Shown here piece after piece: positions 13,501 to 29,400 of a stretch of 64,000 bases of DNA. The stretch's first letter is position 1; each line of letters opens with the position of its first letter. Made by a program: the position numbers and the translations under genes. Source of the DNA: the human T2T-CHM13v2.0 reference genome, Homo sapiens. Under the pieces are notes generated by a model, which was given only the letters and a program-made list of their open reading frames with translations, was not told the DNA's origin and ran no database searches. The stretch lies in the NCBI RefSeq assembly GCF_009914755.1, contig NC_060940.1; one strand, 5' to 3'.

Positions 13501-16180
13501 GTGATTCCATTTGACTTCATTTGATGATGATTCCTTTCAAGTTCATTAGATGATTCCATTCGATTCCATTCGATGATTCCATTCTATTCTATTCAATGGT
13601 GATTCCATTCGAGTACATTAGATGATTCCATTCGATTCCATTCAATGATGATTCTATTTGTGTCCCTTAGATGGTTCCACATGATTCCATTTCATGATGA
13701 TACTATTTGAGCCCATCCAATGATTCCCTTCGATTCCATTCGATGAGGATTCCATTCGATTCAATTCATTGGTGATTCTATTCAATTCAATTCTTTGATT
13801 CCATTCCATTCCATTCGACAATGATTCCATTCGATTTCTTTCGATGATTCCACTCGATTCCACTTGACATTGATTCCATTCGATTCCATTCAATGATTCC
13901 GTTTGATTCCAGTGGATGATGATTGCCATCGATTCCATTCGATCACTCCATTCTATTCCATTTGATGATGATTACATTCGATTCCATTTGATGATTCCAT
14001 CTGATTCTATTCGAGGATTCCATTTGATTCCATTCGATGATGATTCCATTCGAGTGCATTCGATGATTTCATTCGAGTACATCCAATGATTCCATTCGAG
14101 TCCATTTGATGATTCCATTTAATTCCATTTGATTATGATTCTACTAGAGTCCATTCAATGACTCCATTCGAATCCATTCAACAATTCCATTAGAGGCCAT
14201 TCGATGATTCCATTTCATGATTCCATTCGAGTCCATTTAATCATTACAGTCGAGTCCATTTGGTGATTCCACTGGATTTCTTTTGATAATGATACCATTC
14301 AATTACATTTGATGATGATCCCATTCAATTTCATTTGATGGTGATTCCATTAGAGTCCATTCGATGATTTCATTCGAGTCCCTTCATTGATTCCATCCGA
14401 TTTCATTTGATGATGACTCCATTCGAGTCCATTCGATGATTCCACTCGATTCCATCAGATGGTTCCATTGGAGTCCATTTGATTGTTCCATTCGATTCTA
14501 TTCGATTCCTTTCGAAGATTATTCCATTTGAGTCCATTCGATGATGATTCCATTCCATTCCATTCGATGATTCCGTTTGATTCCATTCGATGATTCCCTT
14601 CGATTCCTTTCTTTGATGATTCCATTCCATTCCATTCAATGATTCCATTCGAATCTATTCCATGATGATTCCTTTCGATTCCATTCGCTGATGTTTCCGT
14701 TCAATTCCATTCGATGATGATTCCATTCGATTCCATTCATTGAGGATTCCATTTGATTCCATTCAATGATGATTCCATTCTATTCCATTCAATGATTGCA
14801 TTCAATTCCATTCAATGATTATCCCATTAGAGTAAACTCAACGATTCCATTCAATACCATTCGATGATGATTCCTTTTGAGTCCATTCAATGATTTCATT
14901 CAAGTCCATTTGATGATTCCTTTCAATTCCATTCTATGATGATTCCATTCGAGTCCATTCGATGATTCCATTCGATTGCATTCGATGATTCCATTATATT
15001 CCATTCAACAATGATTCCATTCGAGTCCATTCGATGATTCCATTAGAGTACATTTAATGATTGCTTTGTTTTCAATTCGAAGATGATTACATTGGATTCC
15101 ATTCTATGATACCATTCGATTCCATTCAATGATGATTCCACTCAAATCCATTGGATGATTCCATTCGTGTCCATTCGGTGATTTCCTTAGATTCCATTCG
15201 AGGATGATTCCATTCGATTCCATTCGATGATTCCATTCAATTCCCTTCGATGATGATTCCATTCCAGTCCATATGATCATTCCATTTGATTTCATTCGAT
15301 GGATGATTCCATTCGATTCCATTCGATGATTCCATTCTATTCCATTCGATGATGATTCCATTCGAGTCCATTCGATGATTCCATTCGAGTCCATTTAATG
15401 ATTCCATTGGGTTCAATTCAATGATGATTACATTGGATTCCGTTCTATGATTCCATTCAATTCCGTTCATTGACAATTTGATTCCATTCGATGATGATTC
15501 CATTTGAGTTCATTCGATGATTCTATTTGATTCTCTTCGATGGTGATTCAATTCTATTATATTGGATGATTCCATTCGATTCCATTTGATGTTGATTCAA
15601 TTCGTTTCTATTTGATGATGATTCCATTGGATTTCACTTGATGATTCTATTCGATTCCATTCAATGATGATTCACTTCTCGTCCATTGGATGATTCCATT
15701 TCATTCCATTCGATGATGATTCCATTCGATTCCATTCGATGATTCCATTTGATTCCATGCGTCGGTGAGCAATTCGATTCAATTCCATGATGATTCTATT
15801 TGATTCAATTAGATGATGTTTCCATTCGAATCCATTCCATGATTATTCCATTGGAATCCATTCGGCGATGATTCCATATGAGTCAATTCAATGATGATTC
15901 CATATGGGTCCGTTCGATGATAATTCCATTTGATTTCATTCGGTGCTTCTATTCAATTCCAGTCGATGATGATTCCGTTGGAGTCCATACGATGATTCCA
16001 TTTGATTTCATTTGATGATGATTCCATTCGATGATGATTACATTGGATTCCATTCTATGATTCCATTCAATTCCATTCGTTGATGATTCGATTCCATTCA
16101 ATGATGATTCCATTTGAGTTCATTCGATGATTCTATTCGATTCCGTTCGATGGTGATTCAATTCTCTTATATTGGATGAA
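10549..16180 (+). repeat. Shortened type A unit (5,632 bp)
   Basis: ORF offset 10678->16310 = 5,632. It has deletions of ~72 bp (~12340), ~23 bp (~13000) and ~392 bp (~13565) relative to A, plus smaller indels. Confidence 0.85.
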
Positions 16181-19100
16181 TCCACTCGATTCCATTTGAT
16201 GATTATTCCATTGGAGTCCACTTAGTGAATCCTTCAGATTCTACTCGAAGATGATTCCATTCAAGTCCATTCGATGATACCATTCAATTCCATTCGTTGA
16301 TGCTTCCATTCAAGTGCATTCGATGATATCATTCGATTCCATTTGATGATAATTCCATTTGATTCCATGCGATGATTCTATTCGATTCCATTCAATGATA
16401 ATTCCATTCAGTTCAGTGATTCCTCTGGACTCCATTTGATGATGATTCCATTCAATGATTCCATTCGATTCTATTCGAAAGTGATTCCATTTGAATCCAT
16501 TTGATGATGATTCCATTAGATTCCATTTGATGATTCCATTCGATTCCATGCGACGATGGTTCCATTCGATTCCATGTGATGATTCCATTCTATTCTATTC
16601 GATGATGATTCCATTCGATTCCATTCGATGATGATTGGATTCGATTCCATTTGATGATATCATTTGATTCCATTCGTTAATGATTTCGATCAATTCCATT
16701 CGATGATTCCATTCGATTCCATTCGATGATGATTGGGTTTGATTCCATTTGATGATTTCATTTGATTCCATTCGTTAATGATTTCGATCAGTTCCATTCG
16801 ATGATTCCATTCGATTCCATTCGATAATGATTACATCCGTGTCCATTCAATGATTCCATTTGAGACTGTTCGATAATTCCATTTGAGTCCAACCAATGAT
16901 TCCATTCATTTCCATTGAATGATTCCATTCGAGTCCATTTGATCATTCCGGTAGGGTCCATTCGATGTTCATTCCATTGGAGTGCATTCGATGATTCCAT
17001 TCGAGTCCATTTTAGGATTTGATTCGAGTCCTTTCGATGATTCCATTCGATTCCACTCGATGATGATTTCATTCGAGTCCATTCGACACTTCCAATCGAT
17101 TCCATTTGATGTTTCCATTCGAGTCCAATTGATGATTCCATTCAATTCCATTCGATGATGATTCCGTACGATTCCATTCTGTGATGATTCCATGTGATTG
17201 CATTCAATGATGATTCCTTTAAATTGCATTCGATTGTGATTCATTTCGTCTTCATTCTATGGTTCCACAGGTTTCCATTCGTGTCCATTCCATTATTCCA
17301 TTCTATTCCATTTGATGATGATTCCATTCGATTCCATTCATTGGTGATTCCACTCAATTCCATTCAATGATTCCATTCCATTTCTTTCAACAATGATTCC
17401 ATTAGTTTCTATTCGATGATCCACTTGATTCCACTTGACGACGATTCCATTCGTGTCCATTCAATGATTCCATTTGATTCCATATGATGATGATTCCATT
17501 CGATTCCATACGATGATGATTCCATTCGAGTCCATTCAATGGTGATTCCATTCAATTCCATTCGATGATTCCTTTCGATTCCATTCGATGATGATGGCAT
17601 TCGATTCCTTTCAATCATTCCCTTTGATTGCATTCAAAGGTGATTTCACTCAAGTCCATTCGATAATTGCATTCGATTCCATTTTATGATGATTCCATTC
17701 GAGTCCATTTGATGATTCCATTCAATTCAAGTCAATGATGATTCCATTCGATTCCATTCGATGATTCCATTGGATTCCATTCGATGATGATTCCATTCAA
17801 ATCCATTCGATAATTCAATTCAAGTCCATTCGATGATGATTAAAATCGAATCCATTCAAAGATTCCATTCAGTTCCATTCGATGATTCCCTTAGATTCCA
17901 TTCGATGATTCCACTTGATTTCATTTACGATGATTCCATTCGATTCCATGTGATGATTCCATTCAATTCTATTCAATGCTGTTTCCATTTCTTTCCATTC
18001 GACCATGATTGCCTTTGATTCCATTCAATGACTCCATTCGGTTCCTTTTGATGATGATTCCGTTCGATTCCATTTCATTATTCCATTTGATTCCATTGGA
18101 TGAGTCCATTCGATTACATTCGATGATTATTCCATTCGAGTGCATTAGATGATTCCATTCGAGTCCATTCGATGATTCCATTCGATTCCATTCGATGTTG
18201 ATTCTGTTCAAATCCATTCGATGATTCCACTCGATTCCATTCGATGACTCCAGTTGATCCCATTCGATGATTTCCTTTGATTCCCTTTGATGATCATTCC
18301 ATTTGATTCAATTCGGTGATTTCATTTGATTCCATTCAGTGATGTTTCCATTCGACTCCATTCGATGATGATTCCATTCGACTCCATTCGATTATGATTT
18401 CATTCAATTCCATTCGATAATGATTCCCTTCGAGTCCATTCGATGATTCCATTCGATTCCATTCAACGATGATTTGATTCGTGTCCATTCGATGATTCCA
18501 TTTGATTCCACTTGATGATGATTCCATTCGAGTCCATTTGATGATTCCATTCAATTCCATTCTCCGATGATTTCTTTTGAGCCCATTCAATGCTTCCACT
18601 CGATTCCATATGATGATGACTCCATTCGATGAAATTCGATGATGATTCCATTCGCTTGCATTCGATGATGATTCCACTTGAGTCCATTAGAAGATTCTAT
18701 TCAATTACATTCCATGACGATTCCGTTCGAGTCCATTTGATGATTCCATTAGACTCCATTCGACGATGATTCCATTCGATGTTATTCGATGATTCCATTC
18801 GATCTCATTCGATGATGATTCCATTCAACTCCATTCGATGTTTCCATTCGAGTTCATTCTATTATTCCATTAGATTCCATTCGATGATGATTCCATTCGA
18901 TTCCATTTGATGATTGCATTCTATTTCATTTGATGATGATTCCATTCGAGTCCACTCGATGATTCCATTCGAGTCCATTTAATGAATCCATTGGTTTCAA
19001 TTCTATGATGATTACATTGGATTCCATTCGTTGATGATTTCATTCGGTTCCATTCAATGATGATTCCATTCAATTCCTTTCAATGTTTCCATTCAATTCC

Positions 19101-22100
19101 ATACGATGATTATTCCATTTGATTTGATTCGACAGTGAGCCATTCGATTCAATTCCATGATGATTCTATTTGATTCCATTGGTTGACATTTCCATTCGAT
19201 TCCATTCGATGATGATTCCCTTTGATTCCATTCAAAGATGATTCCATTCTAGCCCATTCAATCATTCCATTCGATTCTATTCAATGATGATTCCATTCAT
19301 GTCGATTTGGTGATTCCATTTGACTTCATTTGATGATGATTCCTTTCAAGTTCATTAGATGATTCCATTCGATTCCATTTGATGATGATCCCATTCGAGT
19401 CCATTCAGTGATTCCACTCGTTTCCATTCCATGATGATTCCATTCCATTCCATGCAATGATTCCATTCGATTCCGTTTGATGATGATTTCATTCGAGTCC
19501 ATTTGATGATTCCATTTGATTCCATTCGATGATGATTCCATTCGAGTCCATTCGATGATTCTATTCGAATCCATTTGATGATTTCTTTTGATTATAGTTG
19601 GTGATGATTCCATTGGAGTCCATTCAATGATTCCATTCGATTCCAATCGATGGTGATTCCATTAGAGTCCATTTAATGATTCCATTTGATTCCAGTCTCT
19701 GATGATTACATTTGAGTCCATACGATGATTCCACTCAATTCCATATGATGATGATTCCATTCGATTCCATTCGATGATTCCATTCTATTCTATTCAATGG
19801 TGATTCCATTCGAGTACATTAGATGATTCCATTCGATTCCATTCAATGATGATTCTATTTGTGTCCCTTAGATGATTCCACATGATTCCATTAGATGATG
19901 ATACTATTTGAGCCCATCCAATGATTCCCTTCGATTCCATTCGATGAGGATTCCATTCGATTCAATTCATTGGTGATTCTATTCAATTCAATTCTTTGAT
20001 TCCATTCCATTCCATTCGACAATGATTCCATTCGATTTCTTTCGATGATTCCACTCGATTCCACTTGACATTGATTCCCTTCGATTCCATTCAATGATTC
20101 CATTTGATTCCAGTGGATGATGATTGCCATCGATTCCATTTGATCACTCCATTCTATTCCACTTGATGATGATTACATTCGATTCCATTTGACGATTCCA
20201 TCTGATTCTATTCGAGGATTCCATTTGATTCCATTCGATGATGATTCCATTCGAGTCCATTCGATGATATCATTCGAGTACATCCAATGATTCCATTCGA
20301 GTCCATTTGATGATTCCATTTGATTCCATTTGATAATGATTCTACTAGAGTCCATTCAATGACTCCATTGGAGTCCATTCAACAATTCCATTCGACTCCA
20401 TTTGATGATTCCATTGGATTCCATTTGATGATTCCATTCGAGTCCATTTAATCATTACAGTCGAGTCCATTTGGTGATTCCACCGGATTTCTTTTGATAA
20501 TGATACCATTCAATTACATTTGATGATGATCCCATTCAATTTCATTTGATGATGATTCCATTAGAGTCCATTCGATGATTTCATTCGAGTCCCTTCATTG
20601 ATTCCATCCGATTTCATTGGATGATGACTCCATTCGAGTCCATTCGATGATTCCACTCGATTCCATTAGATGATTCCATTGGAGTCCATTTGATTGTTCC
20701 ATTCGATTCCATTCGATTCCTTTCGAAGATTATTCCATTTGAGTCCATTCGATGATGATTCCATTCCATTCCATTCGATGATTCCGTTTGATTCCATTCG
20801 ATGATTCCCTTCGATTCCTTTCTTTGATGATTCCATTCCATTCCATTCAATGATTCCATTCGAATCTATTCCATGATGATTCCTTTCGATTCCATTCGCT
20901 GATGTTTCCGTTCAATTCCATTCGATGATGATTCCATTCGATTCCATTCATTGAGGATTCCATTTGATTCCATTCAATGATGATTCCGTTCTATTCTATT
21001 CAATGATTGCATTCAATTCCATTCAGTGATTATCCCCTTAGAGTAAACTCAACGATTCCATTCAATACCATTCGATGATGATTCCTTTTGAGTCCATTCA
21101 ATGATTTCATTCAAGTCCATTTGATGATTCCTTTCAATTCCATTCTATGATGATTCCATTCGAGTCCATTCGATGATTCCATTCGATTGCATTCGATTAT
21201 TCCATTATATTCCAGTCAACAATGAATCCATTCGAGTCCATTCGATGATTCCATTAGAGTACATTTAATGATTGCTTTGTTTTCAATTCGAAGATGACTA
21301 CATTGGATTCCATTCTATGATACCATTCGATTCCATTCAATGATGATTCCACTCAAATCCATTGGATGATTCCATTCGTGTCCATTCGGTGATTTCCTTA
21401 GATTCCATTCGAGGATGATTCCATTCGATTCCATTCGATGATTCCATTCAATTCCATTCGAGTATGATTCCATTCCAGTCCATATGATCATTCCATTTGA
21501 TTTCATTCGATGATGATTCCATTCGATTCCATTCGATGATTCCATTCTATTCCATTCGATGATGATTCCATTCGAGTCCATTCGATGATTCCATTCGAGT
21601 CCATTTAATGATTCCATTGGGTTCAATTCAATGATGATTACATTGGATTCCGTTCTATGATTCCATTCAATTCCGTTCATTGACAATTTGATTCCATTCG
21701 ATGATGATTCCATTTGAGTTCATTCGATGATTCTATTCGATTCTCTTCGATGGTGATTCAATTCTATTATATTGGATGATTCCATTCGATTCCATTTGAT
21801 GTTGATTCAATTCGATTCTATTCGATGATGATTCCATTGGATTTCACTTGATGATTCTATTCGATTCCATTCAATGATGATTCACTTCTCGTCCATTGGA
21901 TGATTCCATTTCATTCCATTCGATGATGATTCCATTCGATTCCATTCGATGATTCCATTTGATTCCATGCGTCGGTGAGCAATTCGATTCAATTCCATGA
22001 TGATTCTATTTGATTCAATTAGATGATGTTTCCATTCGAATCCATTCCATGATTATTCCATTGGAATCCATTCGGCGATGATTCCATATGAGTCAATTCA

Positions 22101-22390
22101 ATGATGATTCCATATGGGTCCGTTCGATGATAATTCCATTTGATTTCATTCGGTGCTTCTATTCAATTCCAGTCGATGATTATTCCGTTGGAGTCCATAC
22201 GATGATTCCATTTGATTTCATTTGATGATGATTCCATTCGATGATGATTACATTGGATTCCATTCTATGATTCCATTCAATTCCATTCGTTGATGATTCG
22301 ATTCCATTCAATGATGATTCCATTTGAGTTCATTCGATGATTCTATTCGATTCCGTTCGATGGTGATTCAATTCTCTTATATTGGATGAT
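16181..22390 (+). repeat. Higher-order unit type A (6,210 bp = 6,112 + 98-bp local duplication)
   Basis: ORF offset 16310->22520 = 6,210. Landmark offset 16949->23061 = 6,112, measured downstream of the 98-bp duplication at ~16600-16796. Confidence 0.9.
16600..16796 (+). repeat. 98-bp direct tandem duplication
   Basis: GATTGG...CGTTAATGATTTCGATCA is present twice (16633 and 16731). The ORF offset to unit 1 shifts from 15,900 to 15,998. Confidence 0.88.
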
Positions 22391-24354
22391 TCCACTCGAT
22401 TCCATTTGATGATTATTCCATTGCAGTCCACTTAGGGAATCCTTCAGATTCTTCTCGAAGATGAATCCATTCAAGTCCATTCAATCATACCATTCAATTT
22501 CATTCGTTGATGCTTCCATTCAAGTGCATTCGATGATATCATTCGATTCCATTTGATGATAATTCCATTTGATTCCATGCGATGATTCTATTCGATTCCA
22601 TTCAATGATAATTCCATTCAGTTCAGTGATTCCTCTGAACTCCATTTGATGATGATTCCATTCAATGATTCCATTCGATTCTATTCCAAAATGATTCCAT
22701 TTGAATCCATTTGATGATGATTCCATTAGATTCCATTTGATGATTCCATTCGATTCCATGCGACGATGATTCCATTCAATTCCATGTGATGATTCCATTC
22801 TATTCTATTCGATGATGATTCCATTCGATTCCATTCGATGATGATTGGATTCGATTCCATTTGATGATTTCATTTGATTCCATTCGTTAATGATTTCGAT
22901 CAATTCCATTCGATGATTCCATTCGATTCCATTCGATAATGATTACATCCGTGTCCATTCAATGATTCCATTTGAGCCTGTTCGATAATTCCATTTGAGT
23001 CCAACCAATGATTCCATTCATTTCCCTTCAATGATTCCATTCGAGTCCATTTGATCATTCCGGTAGGGTCCATTCGATGTTGACTCCATTGGAGTGCATT
23101 CGATGATTCCATTCGAGTCTATTTTATGATTTGATTCGAGTCCTTTCGATGATTCCATTCGATTCCACTCGATGATGATTTCATTCGAGTCCATTCGACA
23201 CTTCCAATCGATTCCATTTGATGTTTCCATTCGAGTCCAATTGATGATTCCATTCAATTCCATTCGATGATGATTCCGTACGATTCCATTCTGTGATGAT
23301 TCCATGTGATTGCATTCAATGATGATTCCTTTAGATTGCATTCGATTGTGATTCATTTCGTCTTCATTCTATGGTTCCACTGGTTTCCATTCGTGTCCAT
23401 TCCATTATTCCATTCTATTCCATTTGATGATGATTCCATTCGATTCCATTCATTGGTGATTCCACTCAATTCCATTCAATGATTCCATTCCATTTCTTTC
23501 AACAATGATTCCATTACTTTCTAATCGATGATCCACTTGATTCCATTTGACGACGATTCCATTCTTGTCCATTCGATGATTCCATTTGATTCCATATGAT
23601 GATGATTCCATTCGATTCCATACCATGATGATTCCATTCGAGTCCATTCAATGGTGATTCCATTCAATTCCATTCGATGATTCCTTTTGATTCCATTCGA
23701 TGATGATGGCATTCGATTCCTTTCAATCATACCCTTTGATTCCATTCAAAGGTGATTTCATTCAAGTCCATTCGATAATTGCATTCGATTCCATTCTATG
23801 ATGATTCCATTCGAGTCCATTTGATGATTCCATTCAATTCAAGTCAATGATGATTCCATTCGATTCCATTCGATGATTCCATTGGATTCCATTCGATGAT
23901 GATTCCATTCAAATCCATTCGATAATTCAATTCAAGTCCATTCGATGATGATTAAAATCGAATCCATTCAAAGATTCCATTCAGTTCCATTCGATGATTC
24001 CCTTAGATTCCATTCGATGATTCCACTTGATTTCATTTACGATGATTCCATTTGATTCCATGTGATGATTCCATTCAATTCTATTCAATGCTGTTTCCAT
24101 TTGATTCCATTCGACCATGATTGCCTTTGATTCCATTCAATGACTCCATTCGGTTCCTTTTGATTATGATTCCGTTCGATTCCATTTCATTATTCCATTT
24201 GATTCCATTGGATGAGTCCATTCGATTACATTCGATGATTATTCCATTCGAGTGCATAAGATGATTCCATTCGAGTCCATTCGATGATTCCATTCGATTC
24301 CATTCGATGTTGATTCTGTTCAAATCCATTCGATGATTCCACTCGATTCCATTC
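22391..24354 (+). repeat. 5' part of a type A unit, interrupted at ~24355
   Basis: Matches 281-2244 at offset 22,110 (ORFs 1340->23450, 1971->24081) and shares the A-type variant GATTAAAATCG. It then diverges at ATTC|AGTGATGATTCC. Confidence 0.85.
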
Positions 24355-26453
24355 AGTGATGATTCCATTTGATTCCATCTGATGATGACTTCATTTGATT
24401 CCATTCGATGATGATTCCATTGGAGTCCATTGAATGATTCAATTCAATTCCATTCCATGTGGATTCCATTCGAATTCATTCGATTATTCCATTCAAATCC
24501 CTTCGTTGATTCCATCTGATTCCACTTGACGATGATTCCATTCAAGTCCAATCGATGATTCCATTCGGTTCCATTCAGTGATTCCATTCGAGTCCATTTA
24601 TGTATTATATTCGTGTCCACTTGATGACTCACTCCATTCAATTCCATTTAATGATGATTCCATTTGATTCCATTTGATGATTCAGTTCGATTCCTTACAA
24701 TGATTCCCTACGATTCCTTTCTATGATGATTCCATTCGATTCCATTCATTGATGATTCCATTCGACTCCATTCGATGATGATTCCTTTCGATTCCATTTG
24801 ACGATGTTTCCATTTGAGTCCATTCGATGATGATTCAATTCAGTTCTGTTCTATTATGAATCCATTCGATTTCATTCAATGCTTCTATTTGATTCCATTC
24901 GACGATGATTCCATCTCTTTCCCTTCGATGTTTCCATTTGATTCCATTCAGTGATGATTCCATTTGATTCCATCTGATGATGATTTCACTTGATTCATTT
25001 CAATGATGATTCCATTCAAGTCCATTCGATGATTCCATTGGAGTCCAAACGATCATTCCATTCGATTCCATTCAATGATGATTCCATTCATGTCCATTCA
25101 ATGAATCCTTTCAATTCCATTCGATGATGACTCCATTCGAGTACATTCGATGATTCCATTTGATTCCATTTGATGATGATTACATTCAATTCCATTCGAA
25201 GATGATTCCATTCAATTCCACTTGATGATGATTCCGTATGAATCCATTCGCTGATTATTCCATTCGATTCCATTCATTGACGATTCCATTTGATTCCATT
25301 CAATGATGATGCTCTTCTATTCCATTCGATGATTCCGGTCGATTCCATTCGATGATGATTCCATTAGATTCCATTCGATTGTTGCATTCGATTCCCTTCG
25401 ATGATGATTCCTTTGAATTCCATTCGATTATGATTCCGTATGAATCCATTTGATGATTATTCCATTGGATTCCTTTCGATGATGATTCCATTCGATTCCA
25501 TTTGATGATGTTTCTCATGTATTCCATTTGATAATTCCTTTCAATTCCCTTCGATGATGATTCTTTCGAGTCAATTCGATGATTCTATTCCATTCCCTTC
25601 GATGATGATTCCATTTCACTCCATTCGATGATTCCATTCGATTCAATTTGGTGATGATTCAATTCGATGACATTCGATGACTCCATTCAATTTCATTTGA
25701 TGATGATTACATTCGAGTCCATTTGATGATTGTATTCCTTTCCTTTTGATGATTATTCCATTCGTGTCTATTCAAAGATTCCATTCTATTCCATTCAATG
25801 ATGATTCCAATTGATTCCATTCAATGATTATGGCTATCGATTCCACTCGTTGATTCCATTTGATTCCATTCGATGATTATTCCGTTAGATTCCATTAGGA
25901 GATTCCATTCGATTTTATTCAATGATTCCAATTGATTCCATTCAATGATGATTCCATTCGACTCCATTCAGTGATTCCATTTGAGTCCATTTGATGATTC
26001 CATTCGAGTCCATTTGATGATTCCATTCTTTTCCATTTGATGATGATTCCATTAGGGTCCATTCAATGATTCCATTCGAGTCCATTCGTTAATGCCTTTC
26101 GAGTCCTTTTGATCACTACATTCGAGTCCATTCAATGATTCTATTCGATTCCATTCCATGATGATTCCATTCGAGTTCATTCGATGATTGCATTCGAGTC
26201 CATTTGATGATTCCATAAGATTCCATTCGACAATGATTCCATTCGTGTCCATTTGATGATTCCATTCATTTCCTATCGATGAAGATTCCATTCGAGTGTA
26301 TTCGATGATTCCATTCAAATCCATTCGATGATGATTCCATTCCAGTCCATTCGATCATTCCACTTGATTCCATTTGATGACTATTCCATTCAAATCCATT
26401 TGATGATTCCATTCGATTCCATTCGATGTTACCATTCCAGTATATACGATGAT
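24355..26453 (+). repeat. 3' part of a long (type C, ~11.8 kb) unit
   Basis: Matches ~36288-38386 at offset 11,933 (ORFs 24444->36377, 25088->37021, 26052->37985). Confidence 0.85.
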
Positions 26454-29400
26454 TCCACTCGATTCCATTTGATGATTATTCCATTGGAGTCGACTTAGTG
26501 AATCCTTTAGATTCTACTCGAAGATGATTCCATTCGAGTCCATTCGATGATACCATTCAATTCCATTCGTTGATGCTTCCATTCAAGTGCATTCGATGAT
26601 ATCATTCGATTCCATTTGATGATAATTCCATTTGATTCCATGTGATGATTCTATTCCATTCCATTCAATGATAATTCCATTCAATTCAGTGATTCCTCTG
26701 GACTCCATTTGATGATGATTCCATTCAATGATTCCATTCGATTCTATTCGAAAATGATTCCATTTGAATCCATTTGATGATGATTCCATTCGATTCCATT
26801 TGATGATTCCATTCGATTCCATTCGACGATGATTCCATTCGATTCCATTTGATGATTCCATTCTATTCTATTCGATGATGATTCCATTCGATTCCATTCG
26901 ATGATGATTGGATTCGATTCCATTTGATGATTTCATTTGATTCCATTCGATGATGATTTCGATCAATTCCATTCGATGATTCCATTCGATTCCATTTGAT
27001 AATGATTACATCCGAGTCCATTCGATGATTCCATTTGAGCCCGTTCGATAATTCCATTTGAGTCCAATCAATGATTCCATTCATTTCCATTCAATGATTC
27101 CATTCGAGTCCATTTGATCATTCCGGTAGGGTCCGTTCGATGTTGATTCCATTGGAGTGCATTCGATGATTCCATTCGAGTCCATTTTAGGATTTGATTC
27201 GAGTCCTTTCGATGATTCCATTCGATTCCACTCGATGCGATGATGATTTCATTCGAGTCCATTCGACACTTCCAATCGATTCCATTTGATGTTTCCATTC
27301 GAGTCCAATTGATGATTCCATTCAATTCCATTCGATGATGATTCCGTACGATTCCATTCTGTGATGATTCCATGTGATTGCATTCAATGATGATTTCTTT
27401 CGATTGCATTCGATTATGATTCATTTCGTGTTCATTCTATGGTTCCACAGGTTTCACATCGTGTCCATTCCATTATTCCATTCTATTCCATTTGATGATG
27501 ATTCCATTCGATTCCATTCATTGGTGATTCCACTCAATTCCATTCAATGATTCCATTCCATTTCTTTCAACAATGATTCCATTAGTTTCTAATCGATGAT
27601 CCACTTGATTCCATTTGACGATGATTCCATTCTTGTCCATTCGATGATTCCATTTGATTCCATATGATGATGATTCCATTAGATTCCATACGATGATGAT
27701 TCCATTCGAGTCCATTCAATGGTGATTCCATTCAATTCCATTCGATGATTCCTTTCGATTCCATTTGATGATGATGGCATTCGATTCCTTTCAATCATTC
27801 CCTTTGATTCCACTCAAAGGTGATTTCATTCAAGTCCATTCGATAATTGCATTCGATTCCATTCTATGATGATTCCATTCGAGTCCATTTGATGATTCCA
27901 TTCAATTCAAGTCAATGATGATTCCATTCGATTCCATTCGATGATTCCATTGGATTCCATTCGATGATGATTCCATTCAAATCCATTCGATAATTCAATT
28001 CACGTCCATTCGATGATGATTCCAATCGAATCCATTCAAAGATTCCATTCAATTCCATTCGATGATTCCCTTAGATTCCATTCGATGATTCCACTTGATT
28101 CCATTTACGATGATTCCATTCGATTCCATGTGATGATTCCATTCAATTCTATTCAATGATGTTTCCATTTGATTCCATTCGACCATGATTGCCTTTGATT
28201 CCATTCAATGATTCCATTCGGTTCCGTTTGATGATGATTCCGTTCGATTCCATTTGATGATTCCATTTGATTCCATTGGATGAGTCCATTCGATTACATT
28301 CGATGATTATTCCATTCGAGTGCATTAGATGATTCCATTCGAGTCCATTCGATGATTCCATTCGAGTCCATTCGATGATTCCATTCGATTCCATTCGATG
28401 TTGATTCTGTTCAAATCCATTCGATGATTCCACTCGATTCCATTCGATGACTCCATTTGATCCCATTCGATGATTTCCTTTGATTCCCTTTGATGATCAT
28501 TCCATTTGATTCAATTCGGTGATTTCATTGGATTCCATTCAGTGATGTTTCCATTCGACTCCATTCGATGATGATTCCATTCGACTACATTCGATTATGA
28601 TTTCATTCAATTCCATTCGATAAAGATTCCCTTCGAGTCCAATCGATGATTCCATTCGATTCCATTCAACGATGATTTGATTCGTGTCCATTCGATGATT
28701 CCATTTGATTCCACTTGATGAGGATTCCATTCGAGTCCATTTGATGATTCCATTCAATTGCATTCTCCGATGATTTCTTTTGAGCCCATTCAATGCTTCC
28801 ACTCGATTCCATATGATGATGACTCCATTCGATGAAACTCGATGATGATTCCATTCGCTTGCATTCGATGATGATTCCACTTGAGTCCGTTAGAAGATTC
28901 TATTCAATTACATTCCATGACGATTCCGTTCGAGTCCATTTGATGATTCCATTAGACTCCATTCCACGATGATTCCATTCGATGTTATTCGATGATTCCA
29001 TTCGATCTCATTCGTTGATGATTCCATTCAACTCCATTCGATGTTTCCATTCGAGTTCATTCTATTATTCCATTAGATTCCATTCGATGATGATTCCATT
29101 CGATTCCATTTGATGATTGCATTCTATTTCATTTGATGAGGATTCCATTCGAGTCCACTCGATGATTCCATTCGAGTCCATTTAATGAATCCATTGGTTT
29201 CAATTCTATGATGATTACATTGGATTCCATTCGTTGATGATTTCATTCGGTTCCATTCAATGATGATTCCATTCAATTCCTTTCAATGTTTCCATTCAAT
29301 TCCATACGATGATGATTCCATTTGATTTGATTCGACAGTGAGCCATTCGATTCAATTCCATGATGATTCTATTTGATTCACTTGGTTGACATTTCCATTC

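Noticed and set aside
22391-26453. Apparent second 4.1-kb type B unit (spacing 4,063)
   Set aside because: Its junction (~24355) differs from the B junction (~8710/62228) and the downstream module carries C-lineage variants. It is better read as the left edge of the C island.
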